IMG/VR virus record: IMGVR_UViG_3300029319_000017
Location: 23,893 to 87,892 of that record
Reading direction: 5' to 3' (one strand)
Origin: a virus
DNA length: 64,000 nucleotides
Shown here: positions 56,366-64,000 of the stretch, in pieces
Layout of the letters: each line of letters opens with the position of its first letter
Numbering within the stretch: position 1 is the first letter of the stretch
Program-made: the position numbers and the translations under genes
The notes under the pieces: model-generated
Database searches by the model: none
Seen by the model: only the letters and a program-made list of their open reading frames with translations
Told to the model about the DNA's origin: nothing

Positions 56366-56822
56366 CTTCTATTTTTTTATAAACTAGTTTTAAATTGTTA
56401 GGAGTTAAATCTTTTGCTTTTAAATTACCAAATCCTCTTTTTTCGTTAACTAATTTAGCAGCTTTTATTGCTCTTTTTTTATCTTCTATTAATTGTTTTC
56501 TTTCTTTTTTTTCTTGCTCTTCTTCAAAATTTTTTCTTAACTCAATAGTAGCTTTATCCATAAATACAGGTTTCCATCTTTCTGGTTTGTCAGGACATGT
56601 AGTTGTTTTCCATTTTGCTTTATGTTCTAACAAACATCCACATAAACCACATCGCATATGCTTTTTAATTAAGTGTGGACATTCCATACATGTTTCTAAT
56701 CTTTCCATGTATACTTTATTAGATACATTTGGTGCACCTTCTTTTATATATTTTGCTAGTTCACCAGCAAAATTTTTTGCCATCGTAAATATACTTGGCG
56801 GTTTTGGTTCTTTTTTACTCAT
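56322..56822 (-). CDS. Cys-rich (DUF6171-like) metal-binding protein
   Basis: RLETCMECP...RCGLCGC....KA......CP....W. Confidence 0.65.
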   Translation of the reverse strand: MSKKEPKPPSIFTMAKNFAGELAKYIKEGAPNVSNKVYMERLETCMECPHLIKKHMRCGLCGCLLEHKAKWKTTTCPDKPERWKPVFMDKATIELRKNFEEEQEKKERKQLIEDKKRAIKAAKLVNEKRGFGNLKAKDLTPNNLKLVYKKIEDAKKAEDNNTKDSK

Positions 56823-56917
56823 ATTTATCTACTTCTATTTTTACTAACTTTCCTTTTGGATCTTGTACTACTATTATTACAAATGGAAATTTAGAAAATT
56901 CACTAATAACATAATAA

Positions 56918-57235
56918 TTATATAATATTGATTTCAATTTTTTTAATTTGAGGGTTTAACATCTTATTAACTTGATAAGATCCTTTATTAAATGTTAATG
57001 CTCCTTTATCTTTTAATTTTTTTATATAATTATTAAGATCGTTAGGATCATCAAAGTTTAATATTTTTGCTACCTCATCTTTGTTCTTTTTACTACACAA
57101 ATTTTTTCTTTTAGAAGTTATGTTTACTTTTATAAAAGCAGAAATAACTTCTAATTCTTTATTTGTAAGATCAAATATACCATTCCATATTTGTAATCGT
57201 TTATAAATACTATTTGCCTTTATCTTTACTTTCAT
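56918..57235 (-). CDS. Putative winged-HTH transcription regulator
   Basis: LTNKELEVI...EVAKILNF.....LNNYIKKLKDKGAL......YQVN..LNP. Confidence 0.55.
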   Translation of the reverse strand: MKVKIKANSIYKRLQIWNGIFDLTNKELEVISAFIKVNITSKRKNLCSKKNKDEVAKILNFDDPNDLNNYIKKLKDKGALTFNKGSYQVNKMLNPQIKKIEINII

Positions 57236-57398
57236 TTATTGTTAAATAAATTATATATTCATTTTCTTCTATAACTACATCTAAATTCCAAGTACCTGGA
57301 GGGTTTTCTTTTTCCCATCTAGTTAAACTTTCGTTAAAATCTTTTAGTGCATACATAAATTCTACAAAACTAGATAGTCTAAATTCAACTCTTTCCAT
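57210..57398 (-). CDS. Hypothetical protein
   Basis: Overlaps neighbours in the operon. Confidence 0.5.
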   Translation of the reverse strand: MERVEFRLSSFVEFMYALKDFNESLTRWEKENPPGTWNLDVVIEENEYIIYLTINESKDKGK

Positions 57399-57630
57399 CT
57401 TTTTTGTGAATTACTGCTTTACCATCTGTTACTACTATCTTAGACTTTTTTGATTGCCTGTTAAATTCAGCAATATGGTTAGTTATGTCTTTTCTACTAC
57501 AAACAAATGATAGAAATACTTGTAATTCTTTCATAGTATATGCAGTATTGTCTTTTAAATTATCAAATTTAGTTTTTGACTCTACCAATTTGTGATAATC
57601 CTCTAGACTAATAGTAACCGTTCCTACCAT
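57385..57630 (-). CDS. Hypothetical protein
   Basis: TVTISLEDY..L N-terminal motif common in phage small proteins. Confidence 0.6.
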   Translation of the reverse strand: MVGTVTISLEDYHKLVESKTKFDNLKDNTAYTMKELQVFLSFVCSRKDITNHIAEFNRQSKKSKIVVTDGKAVIHKKDGKS

Positions 57631-57633
57631 ATA

Positions 57634-57909
57634 TTAAAATTTACCTAATATATTGTATTCTGCCACTAAAATAAACTCTCCTTCATCCAAATGTAAGACA
57701 CGTGCTTCTACAGTTGGATCTACCATTACAGTATCTCCTACTTTTATAAATTTACACTCAGGTCCTGTAGCTTCAACTGTTAATATATTTGTAACTATAG
57801 AACTTGCTGTCTTATCATCTAAAATAATACCTGAATCTGTTACTTTTTTTGCGGGATTAGGGAGCAATAACCATTGTCCATAAGGTTGAAATTTTATTTT
57901 TTTAGTCAT
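57634..57909 (-). CDS. groES: Co-chaperonin GroES (Cpn10)-like
   Basis: FQPYG..LL......TDSGIIL (mobile loop)...V.ATGP....IKVGDTV...EFILV.EYNILG. Confidence 0.85.
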   Translation of the reverse strand: MTKKIKFQPYGQWLLLPNPAKKVTDSGIILDDKTASSIVTNILTVEATGPECKFIKVGDTVMVDPTVEARVLHLDEGEFILVAEYNILGKF

Positions 57910-57931
57910 TTTATTATAAATTAGTTTATTG

Positions 57932-57939
57932 CAAATATA
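57932..57939 (-). promoter_or_regulatory. Bacteroidota-type -7 promoter box (TATATTTG) upstream of groES
   Basis: TAnnTTTG in the intergenic gap, 22 bp from the start codon. Confidence 0.6.
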
Positions 57940-57968
57940 TAATAAAAATTTTTAGAAAATAAAACTAA

Positions 57969-58523
57969 CTAAGAATTTTTTTTATTTGTAGTTAAGAAAA
58001 AAATATATTTATTTTCTGGTTTATTCTTCTTATAAAAATATTTAAATGAGTTTGGAATAGTTTCTATATATGGAATTGCTTCATCAAAATTATTTATAGG
58101 ATAATTTTTATTACCCCAAATATATGGCTCATAAACTTTTTGTTTTTTAGATTTTGTTTTTATATATATGTATCCTACTTCTTCATAAGATTTATTTTTA
58201 GGAGCTCTTAAATATTCAGATTCTATTTGTCCATTTACATCAAATCTTTGTTCTAATCGATGACCTGCATCATCAACTTTTTCTTTAAATTGTATATAAA
58301 TGTATTGAAATTTAAAGTCTGGATAAGAATATTTTAAAATAACATGCCCATAAGAAGTTGAATATGCATTTATATAAAAAGCTGTTAATTTTTCTTTATC
58401 AAATCTTGCAATACAAGAAGAATCTTCAATTTCGTTTTGTATTGCAAATTGAGTTATTATATTATTTGGAATAGATTTAAATAGATTTTTTATAAAATCT
58501 ATTTTATAAGTAACACGTCTCAT
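57969..58523 (-). CDS. Hypothetical protein, very AT-rich
   Basis: 184-aa ORF rich in K/Y/F/I/N; no recognised motif. Confidence 0.55.
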   Translation of the reverse strand: MRRVTYKIDFIKNLFKSIPNNIITQFAIQNEIEDSSCIARFDKEKLTAFYINAYSTSYGHVILKYSYPDFKFQYIYIQFKEKVDDAGHRLEQRFDVNGQIESEYLRAPKNKSYEEVGYIYIKTKSKKQKVYEPYIWGNKNYPINNFDEAIPYIETIPNSFKYFYKKNKPENKYIFFLTTNKKNS

Positions 58524-58540
58524 ATTTCGTTTTTAGATAT

Positions 58541-58765
58541 ACCTCTCCCCTAGTGATTTTAGTTTAACTTTGAACTTCTACTTACCGTTTTTAGCCTCCG
58601 TAGGTACATTTCTATCAGCCTATAGTATTACTCCTACCTAAGTTTTATATCAAAGCAATTTGTGGAATTATTGGGGACAACCGTGACTAATAAATTAGTT
58701 CGTAAACCCAACTTCTGACCCTATAACTACCTTTTGGCCCTCTAGGGTGATCTTAGATTCCGTTA
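58541..58765. ncRNA. Candidate structured non-coding element in the divergent intergenic region
   Basis: No ORF of 60 aa or more; visibly GC-richer than flanks; complementary pairs ccctag(58548-53)/ctaggg(58742-47), taggta(58601-06)/taccta(58635-40), ttggg/cccaa. Confidence 0.35.
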
Positions 58766-59016
58766 CAATATTACAATATTCCTATAATAAATGCAAGTAT
58801 TATAATAGAAATATATAAGAAATTTGAAATATCTACTCTTTTCATGATCTTGTAATATACAAATCTAGTGTTAAATAAATGTTACATAAAAATTAAATTT
58901 TGGTAAAAAAATTTTTTAGTGACCTTGATTTGTGAGAGCGTGGGGGTATTCAAAGCCGCACCCCATCTAATTGTTGTATTAACAAGTACCCTAGCGGGTA
59001 TAAAAATTTATAAGTC

Positions 59017-59295
59017 ATGCAAAAACTATATGCTATAAAATTTAATGAGAAAAATAATGTAGTAACATTATGCGACCAACCACTAGGCGGTGGTACGCAA
59101 TTAGAGGTCTTAGGCGATAAGGTAAAACTTTTCGACCAAGACCTAAACCCAACAAAGTTTGGTTCTTACAAGATATTAGATAGTAACCTATCTACTGAAG
59201 AACTTAAGAAAAAGTTCAGCAAACCTACAGAGGTTAAAGAGCTAAAATGGGGTAAACAGGTTAACGGCGTTCTCTATCAAGTAGAGAAAGCCTAA
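59017..59295 (+). CDS. First early-region gene, hypothetical
   Basis: Clean ORF with a preceding hairpin and a following terminator. Confidence 0.75.
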   Translation: MQKLYAIKFNEKNNVVTLCDQPLGGGTQLEVLGDKVKLFDQDLNPTKFGSYKILDSNLSTEELKKKFSKPTEVKELKWGKQVNGVLYQVEKA

Positions 59296-59299
59296 CCTT

Positions 59300-59323
59300 A
59301 AGGGGACTAACGTCCCCTTTTTT
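59300..59323 (+). terminator. Intrinsic terminator
   Basis: aaggggac-taac-gtcccctt followed by a T-run, 4 nt after the stop codon. Confidence 0.85.
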
Positions 59324-59393
59324 CTTTTATCGTGTGTGTATGTGTGCTTACTACGCATCACACACGCTATTTTATCGTGTATTATATCGTGCA

Positions 59394-59401
59394 TACATTT
59401 G
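59394..59401 (+). promoter_or_regulatory. Bacteroidota-type -7 box (TACATTTG)
   Basis: TAnnTTTG 38 bp upstream of ATG 59440. Confidence 0.45.
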
Positions 59402-59439
59402 CTTCATCATATAATATAACACTAACTAATTTATTTATT

Positions 59440-59649
59440 ATGAAAAATATACTTTATACTTTTGCTAAACTATTTAAGCATTTCACAATGTTTGTAGTAA
59501 TGATTGCTATGATATTAGCAGGTACTTATTACTTTATCCTGTCATTAATCATGTCATTCAAATATATTATGTTATTCCTTGCTGCATCGTGTATGTTTGC
59601 AGCTGGTGCATTTATGCTTAGTACAATTGTAGACAATCTAAACAAATGA
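59440..59649 (+). CDS. Small two-TM membrane protein (69 aa)
   Basis: MKNILYTF... start preferred over the track start 59332, which runs through a hairpin; two hydrophobic helices. Confidence 0.65.
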   Translation: MKNILYTFAKLFKHFTMFVVMIAMILAGTYYFILSLIMSFKYIMLFLAASCMFAAGAFMLSTIVDNLNK

Positions 59650-59702
59650 TTATCTACATTGTAATACTATTAGCTACTTATGTATTACTATACGAAGCAT
59701 AA
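59646..59702 (+). CDS. 18-aa hydrophobic micropeptide MIIYIVILLATYVLLYEA
   Basis: ATGA overlap with the upstream stop; followed immediately by a strong hairpin. Confidence 0.4.
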   Translation: MIIYIVILLATYVLLYEA

Positions 59703-59906
59703 CTATAAGGGTAGATCTTGTTGTTGTTAAGGTGGTCTACCCTTATATTTAATCTAACAGAGTAAACTGTACAAATCATTGATTAATAATATGGTTATAA
59801 CTACTACACAGCCGCAAGCTATATCAAACGTGCCAAGTAGAATAGTACAAGGTAGTACTAACGGATTGATAGTGGTAGTTATAACTATTACTTAAATTTA
59901 AAAACT

Positions 59907-60260
59907 ATGAGTAAATTTAAAATAACATATCATAAAGGTTTTAACTTAACTTTCAACAATGGTTGGCAAGTAAGTGTACAATTTGGTCCAGGTAATTATT
60001 GCGAACGACAAGAAGATGACTATGATTTACCTAGAAATAGTGAGTATTGGTATTCTAATAATGCAGAAATAGCTGTTTGGCGTCCTTCAAATAAGTCAGA
60101 AACTCGTAACATGGTAAAGTTAGAAGATGATGTTGTTCGTGGTTGGACTACTACAGATGAAGTAGCTAAGGTAATTCATTTAGTTAGCACTGCTCAATCT
60201 GATTTTACTAGTGAACAAATGACTAGAATATTAAACTGTGTATGGAAAGAGGTAGCATGA
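59907..60260 (+). CDS. Hypothetical early protein
   Basis: GFNLTFNNGWQVSVQFGPGNYC...AEIAVW; A-rich leader. Confidence 0.75.
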   Translation: MSKFKITYHKGFNLTFNNGWQVSVQFGPGNYCERQEDDYDLPRNSEYWYSNNAEIAVWRPSNKSETRNMVKLEDDVVRGWTTTDEVAKVIHLVSTAQSDFTSEQMTRILNCVWKEVA

Positions 60261-60300
60261 TGTTACCTCTTATAACCTAACTTACTTAAACTTAGAACCT

Positions 60301-60558
60301 ATGAATATTGTAAAAATAGAACCGTGTAAAGAATGTGGCTCAAATCGTGGCCAATTAATAGAACAAAAGAGTACAGTAGCTGACTGCCTTAATTGTGGTC
60401 ATCTATGTGATGTAGATACTGTTGTGTCAGAGTTTGATGAAGCAGTTAATGACATTATAGAATGTCAAGTTGTACACAAACAAGAACAGAAAGAACTATC
60501 AGAGTGGGAACAACAGCAATTATTTGATTACGGATATATAAAATTTAAAACATCATAA
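60301..60558 (+). CDS. Zinc-ribbon protein
   Basis: CKECGS...CLNCG. Confidence 0.65.
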   Translation: MNIVKIEPCKECGSNRGQLIEQKSTVADCLNCGHLCDVDTVVSEFDEAVNDIIECQVVHKQEQKELSEWEQQQLFDYGYIKFKTS

Positions 60559-60560
60559 TT

Positions 60561-61151
60561 ATGGGAATGGATATATATGGGTTAAACCCAACGATAGTAG
60601 GAGACAAACCAGAGTTTCCTGATAACTTTAGAGATTTATCACAAAAAGCACAAGATTATTATTGGGAGTTAGATAAAGAGTGGGAAGATAATAATCCTGG
60701 CTATTATTTTAGAGCTAATATATGGTCATGGCGTGTAATAAATGCAATATGTCATGCTGCTAATGAGAAATATGATCTTAAATTAGATCTAACTGGATGG
60801 GATTATAATTCTGGTTATGGTCTTAAGTCTGATGATGAGTGTTATGCACTTGCAGATGCTCTTGATATTTTTATAGAAAGTATGCATAATAATGATGTAG
60901 ATAAGATTGGTATTAATATGGGTATGTGGACTGTTAGAGGAACAAATGGATATACTATGAAAGAATTGCATGCAGATGATGTTAATGTATTAGATCTATT
61001 ATATCCTGGTGTTATAGATAAATTACCTATTGAATATAATACTAAAGATGGTGAAAAGATAGAAGTTTATCCTAGTCATCATACAGATAGATCTCATTTA
61101 GAAGAGTTTAGTAATTTCTTAAGACATTGTAACGGATTTAAAATAATATGA
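60561..61151 (+). CDS. Hypothetical early protein
   Basis: MGMDIYG...GYYFRANIWSWR...EFSNFLRHCNGFKI, a pattern of a common phage family. Confidence 0.75.
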   Translation: MGMDIYGLNPTIVGDKPEFPDNFRDLSQKAQDYYWELDKEWEDNNPGYYFRANIWSWRVINAICHAANEKYDLKLDLTGWDYNSGYGLKSDDECYALADALDIFIESMHNNDVDKIGINMGMWTVRGTNGYTMKELHADDVNVLDLLYPGVIDKLPIEYNTKDGEKIEVYPSHHTDRSHLEEFSNFLRHCNGFKII

Positions 61152-61246
61152 TAGAAACAGCAGTCGTAAGTCTACTTGCAGGGATAGCAGTAGGCTTTTA
61201 TTTATGTATAATTGTTAAAAATTGGATAGATGGAAATACTAAGTAG
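61148..61246 (+). CDS. 32-aa single-TM peptide
   Basis: MIETAVVSLLAGIAVGFYLCIIVKNWIDGNTK; ATGA overlap with the upstream stop. Confidence 0.5.
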   Translation: MIETAVVSLLAGIAVGFYLCIIVKNWIDGNTK

Positions 61247-61397
61247 AATAAAATGGTGGTTTGTACTCAAAATGTTGGGTAGAAAGAAAGCCACATCGTA
61301 TGCAATAGAAATGCAGCTTGAATATCTTAAAAAATATGAGCACAAGAAAAATAAATCTTGGCAATATTGGAATGATAGATGCATGAAACCATGGTAA
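61230..61397 (+). CDS. 55-aa basic hypothetical protein
   Basis: MEILSRIKWW...WQYWNDRCMKPW; fills the gap on the coding strand. Confidence 0.5.
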   Translation: MEILSRIKWWFVLKMLGRKKATSYAIEMQLEYLKKYEHKKNKSWQYWNDRCMKPW

Positions 61398-61408
61398 AAT
61401 TTATAATT

Positions 61409-61534
61409 ATGGATGAATATTTATTATTAGACTGTGTTAGTGAGTGTTGTGGAGCACCTGCTAATTCAGATCAAAAAATATGCTCACAGTGTCATGAACA
61501 TTGTGATGTATATTATGAAAATGAAATAGAATAA
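61409..61534 (+). CDS. 41-aa zinc-finger peptide
   Basis: VSECCGAP......ICSQCHEHC. Confidence 0.6.
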   Translation: MDEYLLLDCVSECCGAPANSDQKICSQCHEHCDVYYENEIE

Positions 61535-61556
61535 AAATAACTAAAACCTTAACAAC

Positions 61557-61853
61557 ATGTACAAAGTAAAATTTGAATGTGATTTACTGGGAGATCACAC
61601 AGCTTCCATCCCAGAGTTATGCGAAATAGACACAATCAACTTTTTGAATGCGTTTGATGCAATTTTATTTATAGAGGACTGCACAAGTCCTTTGACCAAG
61701 GTCGAAGAAATCATACCTTGGTTGGCTAATAATCAACAATATTTTACTGAAGTAGAGCAAAAAGCAAAGCCTTTCAGTAGTGTTAATGATGAGATAGCTA
61801 ATGTGTATTTAGTAAAAAATGAAACTGATTTCAAAACATTAATTAATCATTAA
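61557..61853 (+). CDS. Hypothetical protein
   Basis: 98-aa ORF with A-rich leader. Confidence 0.6.
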   Translation: MYKVKFECDLLGDHTASIPELCEIDTINFLNAFDAILFIEDCTSPLTKVEEIIPWLANNQQYFTEVEQKAKPFSSVNDEIANVYLVKNETDFKTLINH

Positions 61854-61866
61854 AAATAAGAATATT

Positions 61867-62490
61867 ATGGAAAATAATCTTAATAGTGGATCAATAGAAT
61901 CCCTACAGCCAGGCCAAACATTATTAGTTGGCGCAAGACAAGTATCTAATGGTAAAATTCAGTTAGAATTTGCAGAAAAAGTATCTGCAAGTGATAGACC
62001 TGTTAGTGCGTTGTCATTATTAAATGCTAGCGACTCAAGATTTAGTAGTGGCGCTAGAAGATCATGGACAACTGCAGAGCCAGCTGACGCATCAAAGACA
62101 TTTGGAGTAGACTTTAGTGAGTCAAATGACAAGTGGTATGATAGTGAAAGAGGTATGCAAATGGATCTTAATATACTAAATCCAGCTGTCGAGTTAAATG
62201 GACAGTCATACAGATTTAAGCTAAGAATTGTAGAAGTTACTTCTAAAGAAGCTAACGAGTGGGAGCTTGATAATGTAGAAAGAGCTGCTAAAAGAGCAGG
62301 TAAAGATGGTGATTATATCACACATAATGGTGATTACATCTTCTCAAGAACAGAAATGGTTCTTACAAAGCCTGATCAAAAAGTGGAGCACACATTACTA
62401 GAGTCTGATACACAAGCAACACAAACGCCTGTGAATCAGGGAGTTACAGCTGAAGAAGTTGTAAAAACTGAAGAGGAATTCATTGTATAA
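61867..62490 (+). CDS. Hypothetical protein, possible ssDNA-binding protein
   Basis: Beta-rich core, flexible acidic C-terminus (EEVVKTEEEFIV), upstream of the DNA polymerase; function inferred only. Confidence 0.45.
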   Translation: MENNLNSGSIESLQPGQTLLVGARQVSNGKIQLEFAEKVSASDRPVSALSLLNASDSRFSSGARRSWTTAEPADASKTFGVDFSESNDKWYDSERGMQMDLNILNPAVELNGQSYRFKLRIVEVTSKEANEWELDNVERAAKRAGKDGDYITHNGDYIFSRTEMVLTKPDQKVEHTLLESDTQATQTPVNQGVTAEEVVKTEEEFIV

Positions 62491-62508
62491 ATAAATTCTT
62501 TATAATAC

Positions 62509-62539
62509 TTGTGTATTATAAATAAAATGTTTATATTTG
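62509..62539 (+). promoter_or_regulatory. Bacteroidota housekeeping-sigma promoter (-33 TTG / -7 TATATTTG)
   Basis: TTG 62509-11, 20-nt spacer, TATATTTG 62532-39. Confidence 0.65.
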
Positions 62540-62610
62540 CTTGTGTGATATTAGATAAGAGAAATCTTGTTAATACAATCTAATTAAAAACCAAGCAAAA
62601 TGTGTGTAAG

Positions 62611-62643
62611 TAAGGGGGAACCAAAAGTTTCCCCTTATTTTTT
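62611..62643 (+). terminator. Intrinsic terminator / attenuator hairpin
   Basis: taagggggaac-caaaa-gtttcccctta followed by tttttt. Confidence 0.75.
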
Positions 62644-62649
62644 CTAATA

Positions 62650-62868
62650 ATGTTTAAACTGCGTGTAATGGGACATATGAAATCTATTGAGCAGATGATC
62701 AGAGATGGATCATTTGACTCTGAGTTTATGCCTTCTTATCAAAAGGCAATTAATAATAACGAAAGAACATTTAAATTTGCAGGGCAAAGATATGGGATAG
62801 ACTATGGCAGAGCTGTAGTTAATTTCGTTATAAAAATAAAAGCACATGATTTATTACATAGGAAATAA
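62650..62868 (+). CDS. Small hypothetical protein
   Basis: SYQKAINNNERTFKFAGQRY...YG..VV; overlaps the polA start. Confidence 0.6.
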   Translation: MFKLRVMGHMKSIEQMIRDGSFDSEFMPSYQKAINNNERTFKFAGQRYGIDYGRAVVNFVIKIKAHDLLHRK

Positions 62869-64000
62869 AAGAATTGTAAACGGTAAATGCTTTGAGTATA
62901 CAAGCATAGAAGAAGCAGTCAAATACTTACAAGAACAGACAATCTTGGGTGTAGATACAGAAACAGAAGGTATGGACTTTACTTGTAAGAAAATGATAAT
63001 GTTTCAGATTGGTGATGGTACAAATCAATATGTTATTGATACAAGATCAGAATCAATAGAACCGTTACGAAGCATACTAGAAAGCAAAAAAATCATTAAA
63101 ATTTTACATAACGCTAAATTTGATTATAAATTTATCAAGAAATGGGCTAATATAGAGCTAGCTGGTATTTATGATACATTTTTAGTAGAAAGAATATTAC
63201 ATTGTGGTAAAAGAGGTCCTAAATATGGACTTAAAGACTTAGTTCTAAATTATTTAGGAAAAGAATTAGATAAAGAACCAAGAAATAAGTTTGTTAATCT
63301 ACAAGGTGCACCGTATACAGATGTACAGATACAATATGGTGCTAAAGATGTAGAATATCTTATACAATTAAGAGAACTGCAATTACCACAAATAGCAGAA
63401 AAGAAATTAGAACAAGTTGTAGATCTTGAGTGTAAAGCTGTATTGGCGTTTGCTGATATAGAATACAATGGGTTAGAAATAGATAGAGAAGCATGGTTAA
63501 ATCTAGATAAAAGAAATGCTGATAAAGCAAAAGAGTATTTTGATGACCTGGATAATGCAGTGATACAAGACCCTAGATTACAGAGGTTTGTACTTGTGTA
63601 TATACAAGGAGACTTGTTTACAGATCAAAAAGAATTGAGAAAAGTTGGTGTGAATTGGGACTCACCCAAACAAGTATTAGAAGTTTTTAAAGAGTTGATA
63701 CCAAACCTTGAAAACGTAAATGGTAAAGAATTATATAAACATAGGAATTATGGCTTAGTTAGCAAGTATGTACGATACAAAGAATATATGAAGCTTTGTA
63801 CATCGTATGGTAAACCATTTTTTAAATACTTAAAAGGTGATGGCATGGTTCACACTAACTTTCATCAAATATTGGATACAGGGCGTGTTAGTTCTAGTCA
63901 TCCTAATATGCAACAAATTCCTGCTGATAACAGCTTTAGAAATTGTTTCATAGCTCCTGAAGGCTGGTCTTTTGTAAGTTCAGATTACACAAGTCAAGAA
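62846..64000 (+). CDS. polA: Family A DNA polymerase with 3'-5' exonuclease (first 385 aa; truncated by window end), not in ORF track
   Basis: ATG 62846; ExoI GVDTETEG, ExoII LHNAKFD, ExoIII YGAKDV; VNWDSPKQ; TGRVSSSHPNMQQIP; motif A SSDYTSQE at the window edge. Confidence 0.95.
   Translation, partial: MIYYIGNKRIVNGKCFEYTSIEEAVKYLQEQTILGVDTETEGMDFTCKKMIMFQIGDGTNQYVIDTRSESIEPLRSILESKKIIKILHNAKFDYKFIKKWANIELAGIYDTFLVERILHCGKRGPKYGLKDLVLNYLGKELDKEPRNKFVNLQGAPYTDVQIQYGAKDVEYLIQLRELQLPQIAEKKLEQVVDLECKAVLAFADIEYNGLEIDREAWLNLDKRNADKAKEYFDDLDNAVIQDPRLQRFVLVYIQGDLFTDQKELRKVGVNWDSPKQVLEVFKELIPNLENVNGKELYKHRNYGLVSKYVRYKEYMKLCTSYGKPFFKYLKGDGMVHTNFHQILDTGRVSSSHPNMQQIPADNSFRNCFIAPEGWSFVSSDYTSQE

Noticed and set aside
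13858-57883. Numerous short plus-strand and nested alternative-frame ORFs within the late module (e.g. 49237-49677, Ser-rich)
   Set aside because: They overlap well-supported minus-strand genes; the poly-Ser run is the antisense of poly-Glu codons.
59332-59439. N-terminal extension MCVCVLTTHH... of the 105-aa track ORF
   Set aside because: It runs through a hairpin and promoter region; ATG 59440 with an A/T-rich leader is the more plausible start.
59794-59885. Self-cleaving ribozyme
   Set aside because: No hammerhead core (CUGAnGA...GAAA) or recognisable twister/HDV consensus; kept only as an unexplained stem.
60789-63468. Minus-strand ORFs 60789-60971, 61202-61384 and 63250-63468
   Set aside because: They are antisense to better-supported plus-strand genes, including polA.
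1-64000. Stop-codon reassignment as in some gut crAss-like phages
   Set aside because: Long genes are intact under the standard code; TAG (terL) and TGA (60561-61151) both terminate genes; coding density is high.
1-64000. CRISPR array, tRNA genes, DGR, integrase or transposase
   Set aside because: No regularly spaced repeats, cloverleaf/T-loop signatures, reverse transcriptase or recombinase motifs were seen by eye; tRNAscan and repeat finders were not run.

Overview
This window is a 64-kb, AT-rich segment of a crAss-like (Crassvirales-type) podophage genome. The host is most likely a Bacteroidota bacterium, probably flavobacterial: there are TAnnTTTG promoter boxes, Gln(+1) signal peptides and a T9SS-like C-terminal tail. 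The standard genetic code is used. The minus strand (58.5 kb down to 1) carries the late module in transcription order: GroES, small DNA-binding genes, TerS candidate, SNase, TerL, portal, scaffold, major capsid, auxiliary capsid and ring proteins, fibres, an envelope/lysis cluster, ring proteins, muzzle and two cargo proteins. It ends in a giant >4,377-aa ORF, absent from the supplied ORF track, that fuses a hydrophobic ejection-type region, a zincin (HEGFH) and the DFDID virion RNA polymerase. After a structured divergent intergenic region (58.5-59.0 kb), the plus strand carries small early genes and a family A DNA polymerase cut by the window end. Three signals stand out. First, a recurring x-x-x-Gly-Gly motif delimits modules in many putative internal virion proteins, and two unrelated basic proteins share a 16-aa C-terminal tag that starts exactly at that GG (8 synonymous, 0 non-synonymous differences); this suggests a capsid-targeting/processing system. 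Second, the phage encodes a set of exported proteins: an outer-membrane beta-barrel, an LDLa-like T9SS-type cargo and a Cys-less thioredoxin. Third, a 10-bp motif sits at an identical 62-bp offset from two late promoter boxes. All functional calls come from motif recognition and synteny by eye; no database searches were run.
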